Of a stretch of 35,206 nucleotides of DNA, positions 1 to 11,349 are shown in pieces. The stretch is from contig JAUCBJ010005877.1 of the NCBI GenBank assembly GCA_032718475.1, positions 1 through 35,206 on the forward strand. Reading direction: 5' to 3'. Source of the DNA: Nemertoderma westbladi. Its lineage: Eukaryota > Animalia > Xenacoelomorpha. Below the pieces are notes generated by a model. That model was not told the origin of the DNA. It did no database searches and worked only from the letters and a program-made list of their open reading frames with translations. The first letter of the stretch is position 1. Each line of letters starts with the position of its first letter. Both the position numbers and the translations under genes were made by a program.

Positions 1-1455
1 ATCGGGTTACACAATTTGAAATCCTTGAAAGGAAATATAATTGACAGCATTTTACAAATTTGTATATTTGGATATACAAATACGCTACATTTTATTGTCT
101 CGACATTGAAAACCCATGGTTCAACAATTTGGGCTCAGCATAGAACGCGATTGAATGATCTCATCGACTATTTATTCAATAATTTATTTCCACTTCGCCC
201 TGACTGGCCTGTCAATCATACCGACTGCTGTTTAGTCTTATATGATTTACTATCTACCGCCCCTTATAACTTTTTCAATCGTCAGGAATCCTGGATTACT
301 AAATCGTGGTGTAATATTGAAAGGTTGCTGAAATCTAGTCGCGGCCAGGACCGTAAATTTATCGCTGTTTATTTGTGTTCTAGAATACTCATTATTCTTC
401 CTGGATGGGATTATATTAAAGATAAGGGCCTTGATATTTCCTGTCTATTTTTGAAACTTTGTTGTAATGAAATTAAACTTTCGTTTTTGGATGGAAGTTA
501 TTGTTTTTTCCGCGATAACCCAGATGGTTTATTGTGTCTTTCTTCCGTTTTGGCTCGAGGTTTGGACCACGTGGTTTTGGTTGAGTATTCTGATAATATA
601 AACGCGCAAGAAACAGATATGATTGAAAGTGTAGGTGTTTCTATAATGGAAATAATTCAAATGTTTCTTAATAACATTTCGCAACATTATCACCCCTCAG
701 TAACCACTCGAACTATAACTAACTACCATCTACCCGCCATGTTTCTACTACCGATGTATTGGTATAAAAACGATGCTGATATTTTCTCAATCGAAACTCC
801 AAAATTTGTTATAAATCTCTGCAAATTTCTAAAAGTAATTCCAGAAGACGATCTTATGATATTAATGAAACCGTTTGTATATGAAATTGTTGAAGGACTG
901 CGTAACATAATCTTAGATTTAAACACGAACTCCAGTAAATACAATATGGCTGATTTACAGGCTGTTACTAAGAACATGCGGACTGTCATGGGATACCTAG
1001 TAGATTGTCTTGTAAGATATTCGAGTGAAAATAATGCATCATTTGATGAAGATTACGTGAAGGTTTGCAATTTAGTCACGGATGTGATGTTCAGGTTTTA
1101 TAACGGCGTAATACTATTACCTGATTTAGAAGTTTTAAACCGCCTCATCGACTTAGAAATGTTAACTTCATCGGTTTTAGGACGACGATTTGGGATATTG
1201 CGTGTTGCTTTTCTTGCAATAGAAAATGCATCTCAAATGGTCCCTAATTTGTTTCGGTTAGTTAATCTTCTATCGCCGGTTATTCTAGACCCGTTGAATC
1301 AGGATCCACATTCCCGGGATATTATCGCGTCGGATTGGATGGATTATTGGCCAATCACTTCGGCCGATTGGCTCGGCTGTATGGATATATTACTGAGGAT
1401 ATTGGAGACTAATAGAATTCAGTTGTCCGAATCCCGAATCCCGAATGGTATCTAA
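1..1455 (+). CDS. 5'-partial ORF encoding an alpha-helical (ARM/HEAT-like) protein, possibly MEI1 C-terminal-like; probably originally ended at 1561
   Basis: Frame 1 is open from base 1 (IGLHNLKSLKGN...) to TAA at 1453-1455. About 480 Leu/Ile-rich codons without a stop in AT-rich DNA. Identity is tentative. Confidence 0.75.
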   Translation: MGLHNLKSLKGNIIDSILQICIFGYTNTLHFIVSTLKTHGSTIWAQHRTRLNDLIDYLFNNLFPLRPDWPVNHTDCCLVLYDLLSTAPYNFFNRQESWITKSWCNIERLLKSSRGQDRKFIAVYLCSRILIILPGWDYIKDKGLDISCLFLKLCCNEIKLSFLDGSYCFFRDNPDGLLCLSSVLARGLDHVVLVEYSDNINAQETDMIESVGVSIMEIIQMFLNNISQHYHPSVTTRTITNYHLPAMFLLPMYWYKNDADIFSIETPKFVINLCKFLKVIPEDDLMILMKPFVYEIVEGLRNIILDLNTNSSKYNMADLQAVTKNMRTVMGYLVDCLVRYSSENNASFDEDYVKVCNLVTDVMFRFYNGVILLPDLEVLNRLIDLEMLTSSVLGRRFGILRVAFLAIENASQMVPNLFRLVNLLSPVILDPLNQDPHSRDIIASDWMDYWPITSADWLGCMDILLRILETNRIQLSESRIPNGI

Positions 1456-1908
1456 ACTTACTTGTTTCCTTCACTCAAAATTATCTACAACTGATACTGA
1501 TAAAGAGGTTATGGGATCCTGTGCGGTACTTATAGATTTGCATAACAAGTTACTGCAATAATATGAATAATATTAGCTTTTAATAACCACATAATTATTG
1601 TAAAGCTATAATATTTAATATTGAATATAACTAAGAAAGTTTCACCAAAATTTAGTAATTCCTTATAAAGTTATTAACTTTTTTAGGTCGTGCCATTGCC
1701 GCACTGGTCATTTAACTAAAAGCGCTATAAATAAAACATAATTTTTATTTATATATTCAATTCAAATTCTAACTATTCTAATTCGAACTTTGTAATTAAA
1801 TACTAATAGACCGTATTTACTCGAATATTACAATGTGGAACGTTAACATTGTTGATAGTTAACTGATTGTTAAGACTGAAGGTAAATGTAGTAGGGTGTT
1901 GTACCGCT

Positions 1909-2214
1909 GTGGGGCGAGCCACGAAGTGAGCGAAGCCTTAGCATATGGGGCCATTGGCGAGTTGTCTGTAGTCGTAAATTTTTGATCGCTAATAACTCGG
2001 TTATTCCTTGATGAAATTAAACGAAACTTGGTATGTATGTAGTCCGTCGAAAGTTTAGAAAGAATCTGAAGTTTCGTCAAAAACGAACGAACGCAACGAG
2101 GCACAAGAGGAGGACGAGTATTGTGTTGAAGGCTTCTGACTAACGGCAGACAACTCGTTAATGGTACCCATATGCTAAAGGCTTTGCTCACTTCGTGCTG
2201 CGCGAAGACCCCAC
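1909..2214. mobile_element. Non-autonomous element with imperfect ~70-bp inverted ends (HINE/Helentron-like or MITE)
   Basis: gtggggcgagccacgaagtgagcgaagccttagcatatggg...gagttgtctg at 1909 pairs with cagacaactcg...cccatatgctaaaggctttgctcacttcgtgc...ccccac ending at 2214. A related copy lies on the - strand at ~20640-20826. Confidence 0.6.
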
Positions 2215-2497
2215 GAACGTGTAATAGGCTGCATTGTAATAAAGATAACCCTGGTTTTATTTGAATTATTTCATTTGTTTAACTTGTTAAATTTAACAAC
2301 ATTCTTTATTAGGGTATTTAGATTCAAAATGCTGAAAATCTAGAACATAAACATAAACGCCCCCACTCGAACCAGTCAATTTGGAACTTAAACGCCTTTT
2401 ATATCAAACACGCAGACGAAGTCTATGACTCTCCAAAGACGATGCGGTGATTAGGACAAAGTTATAAAAAAAATAATTATATAGATAGCTAGCTATA

Positions 2498-2713
2498 GGA
2501 ACTAAACTGAAACTATAAGTTTTTATTTTTTTTAAAACTGGAACTGGATCTGAAACTATTTCATTTTGGGAACTGGAACTGAAATAAATAGGTATATTAG
2601 AACTGAAACTGAAATTTTTTTTGGGAACTGGAACTTGAACTGAATTGAACGTGTTTATTAGAACTGAAACTGAAACCGAAACAAGTCAAATTGTCTTTCA
2701 GTTCGCAGCACTG
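2498..2713 (-). mobile_element. Truncated DNA-transposon end with subterminal GAACTG(A/G)AACT repeats
   Basis: Clustered gaactgaaact/ggaactggaact motifs end in cagttcgcagcactg. The reverse complement begins CAGTG, a hAT-like terminus. Confidence 0.4.
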
Positions 2714-3187
2714 ATTATAGGTAATGATATATCCAAAGCTTTTGTTTTTTGAATGGTGAGATCAGTGTGGAGATACTGGGGGGGAGCCTATACAGAGGTT
2801 AGGCCTACATCTTAATTTTTCTCGTAACGTGATTGGCTGTTATTTGCGTCGATTTTTTCCCTTCGAAACGTTGACTTTTGATTGCGAGTTCTCCATCCCA
2901 TCTCTGCTGTAGCGAAGTGTGGAATATAGTTTGTGGTTAAATAATTAAATCGTTTTGTTGTTTACTGTCTTTACCACTGGAAAAAATATAGATCGAGTTA
3001 CTTTTTACCGCAATTTGTCCACCATTCTATCTCCGTTGTATTATAGCTATTATTATTATTAGTTGAACTATTAATAATTATACTATGAAATTATGTGTGT
3101 GAATAAACTTCCCATAATACTTTAACTAGGTGAATTCCTTTTCCACTTTTCTTACGATTATTTAATTGTTCCGCAATGGTTTTACAG

Positions 3188-3430
3188 AGTAACCGTTAAC
3201 AAAGACAAACACACACATAGGGGAATCGGGATAGCATTTATATTATTCGTAAGAATTGAGGATGCGGTTACGGCCGCCAAAGAGATGGATGGCAAGGTGT
3301 TGTTCGGTAGAACTATAACGGCCAGTATCGCTAAAGACAACGGTAGAGCGAGTGAATTCATTAAGAAACGTGTTTATACTGATAAATCAAGATGTTACGA
3401 GTGTGGAGAATTCGGACACATTAGTCTGAG
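3188..3430 (+). CDS. ZCRB1: ZCRB1 (U11/U12 snRNP 31K) internal exon: C-terminal half of the RRM and start of the CCHC knuckle
   Basis: tttacag acceptor. Translates VTVNKDKHTHRGIGIAFILF...LFGRTITASIAKDNGRASEFIKKRVYTDKSRCYECGEFGHISL, matching the ZCRB1 signature (GVAFILF...ASIAxDNGRAxEFI...DKSKCYECG). GT donor at 3431. Confidence 0.93.
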
Positions 3431-3561
3431 GTTGGTTGGTTAATAAACAATCAGACATTATATAATGAATATCTACTTTATTTTACTGAATGTCCCGGAT
3501 ACCTAGATAACAAACCCTATGCACCTACAGTATATAATATCGTAGCTGCTTATTTTACCAG

Positions 3562-3685
3562 GTGTCCTCAGAATAAACTAGGTTATCGGCAAACTCCTAA
3601 AAATACGAAAAAGAAAGGTCGAAAGAATGTGAAGAGGAAGTTAAAAACATCCAATGATGATGAAGATGTGAGTGAAGAAGGAGAG
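3562..3685 (+). CDS. ZCRB1: ZCRB1 exon: end of the CCHC knuckle, Lys-rich then acidic segment
   Basis: ttttaccag acceptor; phase-2 join gives AG|G (Arg). Reads CPQNKLGYRQTPKNTKKKGRK...DDEDVSEEGE. GT donor at 3686. Confidence 0.9.
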
Positions 3686-4059
3686 GTTTGTTTGTATTTT
3701 GTACACAGGGGCGAACTACTAAGTGAAAAGGTAGTAATATGGAGTAGGCATAGTGGTGGTATACTGAAGCGTACCACTGGGGTGAGTGGTTATCTGGGGC
3801 TATCAACTGATTGCTATATAGGTGGAATTTAGGCACAATAGATCACAGCATCAACTGCGCATTGTTTTGGCCATTTTTGACTGGTATACAGTTTTTTTTT
3901 ACTGTGGCTGAGTGTTGTCACCGATTTTAGGGGTTGTTATAAATTCCAACTATCCACCACTAAGAGAGGCAAGGGGGGTGGGTGTTACACTGGGGCGAAC
4001 CACTAAGGGGGGAAAAGGGGTGATAATCTTGAGATAAACCCGATTTATTATTTATTATA

Positions 4060-5019
4060 CACTACCACGACGTAATTCACACATTATTTTGTTACAAATC
4101 TTAATGAGATTGCATGAAATTTGAAACATAGATAGTTTCATCTCCCTCCTCCTTGCTGGGTGTGCCAGAATTTTTATTTTTGCTTTCATTCTTTAGCTAC
4201 AAGCGTTTAAAAAATGTCTCCATCGATATTTCACCAGTTACACATACACTGTAGTTATTCTTCAACCTTATAGTGATTTGTTGGTACTGGTGGAAAGCTG
4301 ACAATGTAAGGGTTCCAAATATGTAACACAATCTGAATTTAGTTGAAAAATAGCTGAGATATTGGCGTTCGGAAGTTACATGTACTGTATTTGCATCTAC
4401 GCGAGGCTATAATAATAATAATTAATAAATGCACCATATATATTCTCAGACATTTTGTTTATCCCATACGTTGCTTGGTAACAATGCAATACCTCTATAC
4501 GAGTACGCAGCTATTCATAAATAAACAAAATGTTCTAGAACATGGTGTATTTTTTACTGTAAATATAATAAAATAGCCTTGCGCCGATGCCTAACCATGC
4601 AACTTTCGAACGCCCACATCTCAGCTATTTTTCAACTAAATTCAGATTGTATTACATATTTGGAATCCTTACATGGCAAGCTTTCTACCAGTACCAACAA
4701 AGTCTACAAAATTTTATTTTGCGGATCATATGTTTATTCATGGAAATTCTACGTAAATTTGCTTCACTCAAGCCAAATAAAATGAACAGTAGGGAAGAGT
4801 AAGTAGCAAATTGGTGATGTTCCAGAACAATAAGATATTTCGACGGAGGCCCTTTTTTCAAACGCTTGTAGCTAAAGGATTGAAAGCGAAAATAAAAATT
4901 CCGAGTGATCCAGTAAGGATGAGGGAGTTGAAACTGTTTTTCATGCAATCTCATTAAGATTTGTAGAACAATTTCAGGGAGATCCAAATCACTGAATTGT
5001 GACAATTCCGGACATGGTC
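4060..5019. mobile_element. Foldback/MITE with ~300-400-bp imperfect inverted arms; diverged relative of the 15582-16375 family
   Basis: acaaatcttaatgagattgcatgaaa (~4095) pairs with tttcatgcaatctcattaagatttgt (~4940). tgaatttagttgaaaaatagctgagat (~4335) pairs with atctcagctatttttcaactaaattca (~4620). Boundaries approximate. Confidence 0.75.
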
Positions 5020-5021
5020 TA

Positions 5022-6504
5022 TGTACAGTGTGTGGTACACTGTACAGTGTGTGGTACACTGTACAGTGTGTGGTACACTGTACAGTGTGTGGTACACTGT
5101 ACAGTGTGTGGTATACTGTACAGTGTGTGGTACACTGTACAGTGTGTGGTACACTGTACAGTGTGTGGTATACTGTACAGTGTGTTGTACACTGTACAGT
5201 GTGTGGTACACTGTACAGTGTGTTGTACACTGTACAGTGTGTGGTACACTGTACAGTGTGTGGTACACTGTACAGTGTGTGGTACACTGTACAGTGTATG
5301 GTATACTGTACAGTGTGTGGTATACTGTACAGTGTGTGGTACACTGTACAGTCACAGTGTGTGGTACACTGTACAGTGTGTGGTACACTGTACAGTGTGT
5401 GGTACACTGTACAGTGTGTGGTACACTGTACAGTGTGTGGTACACTGTACAGTGTGTGGTACACTGTACAGTGTGTGGTACACTGTACAGTGTGTGGTAC
5501 ACTGTACAGTGTGTGGTACACTGTACAGTGTGTGGTACACTGTACAGTGTGTGGTACACTGCACAGTGTGTGGTACACTGTACAGTGTGTGGTACACTGT
5601 ACAGTGTGTGGTACACTGTACAGTGTGTGGTACACTGTACAGTGTGTGGTATACTGTACAGTGTGTTGTACACTGTACAGTGTGTGGTACACTGTACAGT
5701 GTGTGGTACACTGTACAGTGTGTGGTACACTGTACAGTGTATGGTATACTGTACAGTGTGTGGTATACTGTACAGTGTGTGGTACACTGTACAGTCACAG
5801 TGTGTGGTACACTGTACAGTGTGTGGTACACTGTACAGTGTGTGGTACACTGTACAGTGTGTGGTACACTGTACAGTGTGTGGTACACTGTACAGTGTGT
5901 GGTACACTGTACAGTGTGTGGTACACTGTACAGTGTGTGGTACACTGTACAGTGTGTGGTACACTGCACAGTGTGTGGTACACTGTACAGTGTGTGGTAC
6001 ACTGTACAGTGTGTGGTACACTGTACAGTGTGTGGTACACTGTACAGTGTGTGGTACACTGTACAGTGTGTGGTATACTGTACAGTGTGTGGTATACTGT
6101 ACAGTGTGTGGTATACTGTACAGTGTGTGGTATACTGTACAGTGTGTGGTATACTATACAGTGTGTGGTACACTGTACAGTGTGTGGTATACTGTACAGT
6201 GTGTCGTACACTGTACAGTGTGTGGTACACTGTACAGTGTGTGGTACACTGTACAGTGTGTGGTACACTGTACAGTGTGTGGTACACTGTACAGTGTGTG
6301 GTACACTGTACAGTGTGTGCTACACTGTACAGTGTGTGGTACACTGTACAGTGTGTGGTACACTGTACAGTGTGTGGTACACTGTACAGTGTGTGGTACA
6401 CTGTACAGTGTGTGGTACACTGTACAGTGTGTGGTACACTGTACAGTGTGTGGTACACTGTACAGTGTGTGGTACACTGTACAGTGTGTGGTACACTGTA
6501 CAGT
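5022..6504. repeat. 19-bp minisatellite (ACACTGTACAGTGT GTGGT)n, ~78 copies
   Basis: Near-perfect tandem array visible directly; each unit is a 14-bp palindrome plus a 5-bp spacer. Confidence 0.98.
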
Positions 6505-8061
6505 ACATGTATATTATTACCAATATGCCATAATGCTATTCACTAAAGACTTGAATTCACTAAATTAGACTAATAATGTTGTGAAATGAATCCTCCATTT
6601 AACTAAAAGATTTACTCCCATGCAAGTTTCATCTATAATTCGACTAATATCTCCCGGGGTCTCCTGGGAAGGTGGCGTTTATGTTAAGGCCAGTTTACAC
6701 GTGGCAACGTTTAGAGCAACTACTATCTCGGCAACTAGCAACTTTTTGGAGCAACTTAATTTCATCGCTAAAACTGTTTACACGTGGCAACTTCACCAGC
6801 AACATGGCCGGCAACTTTTAGAGCAACTTGGCTATTTTGATTTTGATAGTGCGTACTGGTTCAGTATCAGTATGCGTACACCACACCCCTCACCAAAATT
6901 TATCTACTAGCTAGTTTTTGATAATTTTTCTTTTTTTGCCTGGTTAGTATTTAGAAAGCATGGGATGGATATAATACGTGTATAAAATGAATAAAAAAAC
7001 TTTTTAAAAGTTTTGAAATTTTTCAATTAAATTATCATAATAGCTAGTAAAAGTTATAGTAGCTAATAAATAATAAAAGCAATGATAAAAGTAATTTTCA
7101 CAAGAAAATGTTTTTCAAATTTTCAATTTTTATTGTTTCACTAGCTAATAAAAAGTACTAGCTAACACAAATCAAAATGTATAGTCTCTTAGAATGTAAA
7201 ATTTATGTTCTGAACTTGTACCGGTATAAGTTTTTAGGTTATTTTCAAAAATTTCAAAATTGGGTGACCAATATCGAATAAGTGCTGTTCTGTTCTGTTA
7301 CGTTACACTATAGAACATAGTTTCTCAATTATTTATTATTTGTAACGTATTTAAGTAGCTAAGTTGTAATTATAATTAAACATGTCAAGTTCTTTGTTAA
7401 TTGGATAACTTTATTGGATAAGAACCTTAGTACACATGGAGCTAGTAAAAAGAGTATAACCAACCAGAAAGTAATTTATTGTTTTCTTTTAATTCATCAT
7501 CATCAGTGGCGGATTTAGGGGGTGGGGGGGGGGGGGGGGGGGGGCATTGGGCCATAGCATACCCACCCCCCCCCCCCTCCCCCTTGCAGAAAAAAATGAG
7601 AGAAAAAAAGGGGAAAAATGGACAAGAAGGGCCTACGATACGATACGAATATAGTGTGTCTCAAAGTGCATCTGTTCTTTGAGATTTTCTCAAAGTGGTC
7701 TAAAAGTCATTTGTTACATTATGTCAACTTATCAATGTTCTTATGAATTACTCGCAACGCTGCAAGGTACCACTTTGCAACGTTGCGGCCTATAGGACGG
7801 AACACTGCAAAGTAATCCATAAACTGGAAACAACTTCAATTACCGTATTCCAGAATGTATTACAGTATTTCCATTTATATTAATGCGTGCTGGTTTATCC
7901 AGTTTGCAGTGACAGGACTACAGGACTAGCTACTGTTTGTAATTATTTTTTATTCCAAAATTGCCGTTAGTATTAACAGCGAGTTGTTATTTAGCACTTT
8001 ACAACTTTAGAGGACATTACAGCATTATATTGGCCTGTACATGTAGTATTGTATTTGGTGT

Positions 8062-8152
8062 TATTGTTTACGTGGTAACCCATGACGGCGTTAAGTAATG
8101 TCCACTAAGGGGACATTACTTAACGCCGCCATTGGATACCACGTAAACAATA
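8062..8152. repeat. ~90-bp near-perfect hairpin (mini-MITE-like)
   Basis: tattgtttacgtggtaacccatgacggcgttaagtaatgtcc pairs with ggacattacttaacgccgccattggataccacgtaaacaata; TA at both ends. Confidence 0.85.
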
Positions 8153-8424
8153 GGTGGAAATTTGCCTGACAGCCATATAGGCCTACTGCATTAACTACCG
8201 GTAGGCGGGGTATAGCTATTAATAACCAGTAGGGCCTAGCAATATTATTATAACATGGCTCCAAACGCCATCATAAATATAAGCTAACTTATTTATAACA
8301 TGATTTATGTCATTTTTACATTTATTTATACAGCAACTAATTTAATTTGTGCAGTTTCTATCACTTATAATGTATATGTACAATCATTTCGTGATGTTAA
8401 AATTTTGGAATAAAACTAGGCCTA

Positions 8425-9200
8425 CATACTTGTTGCAAAGTACTTTACAGTGTTCTGATCCTCGTGACTTTATTTTCACTCACTCACTAACGTTCGTTCG
8501 TGTAACAAAGCCACTCGGATCATCACACTGTAAAGTGCTACTTTACACACAAGTATGTAAATAGTTAATTGTTTAACGTGTATTGTATACCATTACGTTG
8601 AAACGTCCAATAGATGAAACTTTAGAGAAAATGACCAAAGAAAATGGCGACAGTGTTCAGTAAAACTAAAAGCTGGATTAACAATAGGATTATCAAGATT
8701 TATCATATCCATGCAGGAGATAACATAACAATAAACTTTAATTAGATATAAATGTATAATTAATACTGTGTACCTGATGATTAATTTCACTTATATTTGA
8801 AATAGTACAGAGTAGGGCGCATCTCTGCCTTGCATCCTTAAGTGGTAGCTAATTGAGTACTGGAGTTTCCTCTGGGGAGTAAAGTTCTGGGGGGAACGCA
8901 CTGGAAATAAGTCGTCAGACTTTGTGCGTAATCCCTGGCCTAGTGGCCGAAGAAAATTTACTTTACTTTTTACAAGATTAAAATGTTTAAATGAGCATCC
9001 ATAAAATCATTTCTTCACATACCGAACGCTGATAAGTTGACAATGTAACAAAATTACATACATCATTGTATGCAAAGGTCACTTTTCAGCGTTAAAGACC
9101 CTTGTTTATTTATGTAGACCTCCCTCGCTGCGCTCACTAGGTACATATATAAACTCGGGTAAAAATGCTGCAAAGTGCTACTTTGCACACAAATAGTTAT
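8425..9200. mobile_element. Two related short hairpin-type elements (~8425-8568 and ~9062-9200)
   Basis: Both start near tgcaaag...ctttt/acag and end in aaagtgctacttt(a/g)cacacaa...aatagtta, with internal inverted symmetry. Confidence 0.5.
8810..8971 (+). mobile_element. 5'-truncated SINE, Nin/Deu-domain-like, with (TTTAC)n tail
   Basis: ctctgccttgcatcct...tgagtactgg resembles the remembered Nin core (cagccttccatcct...tgagtaccag); ends in tttactttactttt. Confidence 0.45.
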
Positions 9201-9339
9201 ACATTACTCCCATAGTTCTTGTAGACACTTTTAGTAGGGAATCACCAAGTGATTTTTCTGCTTGTAGGCACTTTGCGATACTTCGAGTTCTTTGAGAAAA
9301 TAAACCTTAAGGTATTCCTGAAACCTTTTGGGACTAAAC

Positions 9340-10385
9340 TGGTGTAGACTTGGTAAACTCATTGTAATGGTTTGCAATGAACATGTTAAAGTTTATATTG
9401 TCCTGTTTACTTTGGGAAACCTCACGCGCCGTTCATCTTGAAATAGCAAAGGATGCCAGCGCAAAATCTTTCATTATTGCGTTTTGGGGGTTTAGTGGTC
9501 AACGTTCTACTCCTTTGATGCTAAGTGATAATGCAACTAACCTCACTGCTGCAAATAAAATTATAAAAGCTATAGAAGATGATCCAGGTATACAGGATTA
9601 CCTTCTCAATCAGAGGACTATTTTGAAGACAATCCCACCAGATATTCCTTGGTAAGGAGGCTTCTGGGAGCGACTAATCATAATGGTAAAGGATATTTTG
9701 ATAAAAATATTGGGACGTGCCTTGATTTCATTGGAGCAGCCCCAGACTGTCGTTATTGATATTGTCGCTATTTTAAATGACCGGCAACTAACCCACGTGT
9801 CTTCTAACATTGATGATCTCAATCACATTACATCCTCAACAATAAAGGTTGGACATCGTATTACCACATTACCAAGTCAAATTATCGAGCGAGATGGTTT
9901 CTAAGATCCGATGAATCGCCGTCAGTTGTACATACAAAACTTATTACAAGCGTTTCAAACTCGCTGGTCTCATGAATTGATCTCACAGCATTACGCGAGT
10001 ACAATCGATGGGAAAACCCATATCCAACCACACAAATTTGAGTGATGACATCGTACAAATACATTACCCCCTTTCGAAATGGTCGCATTCCTTACATCCC
10101 AGTACGTTCTGTCGTCCTACGTACGCAGTTAGAACACTAACACTACTAGTGTACCCTGTAAGGAAGTTGTATCCTCTTGATTCGGACGCTATTGAACTCG
10201 GTTCTAACAACTGTTCCACGGGTTTCATTGATGAAACAAAACTACTGGTACTATCCTCTCATTCAACCAGAGCCCCAATGAGATCACAGGTTTCACTGCG
10301 TCCACAACGCCAGGCTGCTACTGAAGCCCAACAGCGAATCGCTACGATATGCAATGAATCTGAGTCCGAGAGCGAAAACCGTTAA
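9340..10385 (+). pseudogene. Degenerate BEL/Pao LTR-retrotransposon integrase region
   Basis: Motifs TSRAVHLEIA..S..SFI.AF, SDNATNL, PW*GGFWERL, KILGRALI, AILNDRQLT and VRKLYPL are typical of Pao integrase and its C-terminus. Interrupted by stops and frameshifts. Confidence 0.9.
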
Positions 10386-10673
10386 GGATTATTTAGATTT
10401 TTAACGTAAGATTTAGTGATTATCCCTTTGAAAAAGTAAGATTAACATCAATTAATTGATTATCCCTTTGAAAAATATATTTTATAAGCAAATATTATTT
10501 TGTTATGATATATGGTATCAGGTTATTTTGACGAAGGCTATATAATTTGAGAATGTTAATTAATTATTTATTTAGAAGCATTCAAACAAGATCAAATATT
10601 AATTTGATACTAGAACTTATCTGAAGTAAATTAATTAATTAAGGAAGCCTTTTTTTGTTCGGCGGTGGGAGTA

Positions 10674-11000
10674 TGTCCTAAGTTATAGATAATAATTATA
10701 CTGTATTTAGGATTGGAGCAATATTTTAGGAAGTCTACAGTTTTACCGTGCATATGCTGACTATTTTTGATTATTCTTACTATTCAACATCAAAAGGACG
10801 TGTCGTTTCCTTATTCTGTTATTTCATTCACAGACAGTGCCTGTCTGTATTATACTTACCGGTACCGTGATCTGATGGTGCCTTATAATTACGATTTTAT
10901 CTTTACCTAAAGCTATTTAAGTTTAAGTTTATGTTTGTATTGTTTGTATTATAAGGAAGATTTTACAACAATGAAACAGTTTTACAGAACGGAACCAACA
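10674..11000 (+). mobile_element. Putative 3' LTR of the BEL/Pao remnant
   Basis: PPT-like ggcggtgggagta is followed directly by TGT at 10674; candidate ACA end at 11000. No 5' LTR in the window to confirm. Confidence 0.5.
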
Positions 11001-11274
11001 TGCATTTTGCACAGACCTTGAGAAACCTTTACTTTTATAGTTTAATTAACTTTATCGAAATTTTACCAAGTATATTTACTATGTTATGTATGTTTACCAT
11101 AATAATAATCGGGGGGGGGGGGGGGGGGGGGGGTTATTTTATGATATAATGCGGGGTCTGAGCCTCTGAGGTACTGTATGTGTACGGTATACATTTTGTC
11201 TCCCCACCCCCTTCAGAAATTTATAGATCCGCCACTGATCATATTATAGGACACCCATATTGCTTGATTCTAAT

Positions 11275-11298
11275 AGCCAATAGGATAAACCAATAGGA
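11275..11298 (+). promoter_or_regulatory. Tandem CCAAT boxes upstream of the MEI1-like ATG
   Basis: CCAATAGGA occurs twice (11277 and 11290), ~60-75 bp before the ATG at 11350. Confidence 0.35.
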
Positions 11299-11349
11299 GA
11301 TAAACAAAGAGATAACCAGCATCAGGTCTATATTCTCTATAATTATACA

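Larger units (their letters stand above)
7504..11237. mobile_element. Non-autonomous hAT-like element (~3.7 kb) with nested insertions
   Basis: TIRs CAGTGGCGGAT (7504) and ATCCGCCACTG (11237). Flanks atcatcat / atcatatt look like a degenerate 8-bp TSD. Poly-G tracts near both ends. Confidence 0.7.

Noticed and set aside
1687-1735. Possible tiny terminal exon (ttttag GT CGT GCC...TAA, then aataaa) for the left-edge ORF
   Set aside because: The required donor (gtatct) is weak, and the 7-nt duplication explains the ORF end more simply; not fully excluded.
2322-2450. AG-preceded 42-codon open frame (IQNAENLEHK...KTMR*)
   Set aside because: No recognisable homology and no identifiable upstream donor; it is not the ZCRB1 N-terminus.
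3629-3832. 67-aa ORF in the track
   Set aside because: It is the 3' part of a ZCRB1 exon read through into the intron.
4685-6568. Many long Cys/His/Tyr/Val-rich ORFs on both strands
   Set aside because: Artefacts of the stop-free 19-bp minisatellite; all frames give the same periodic peptide.
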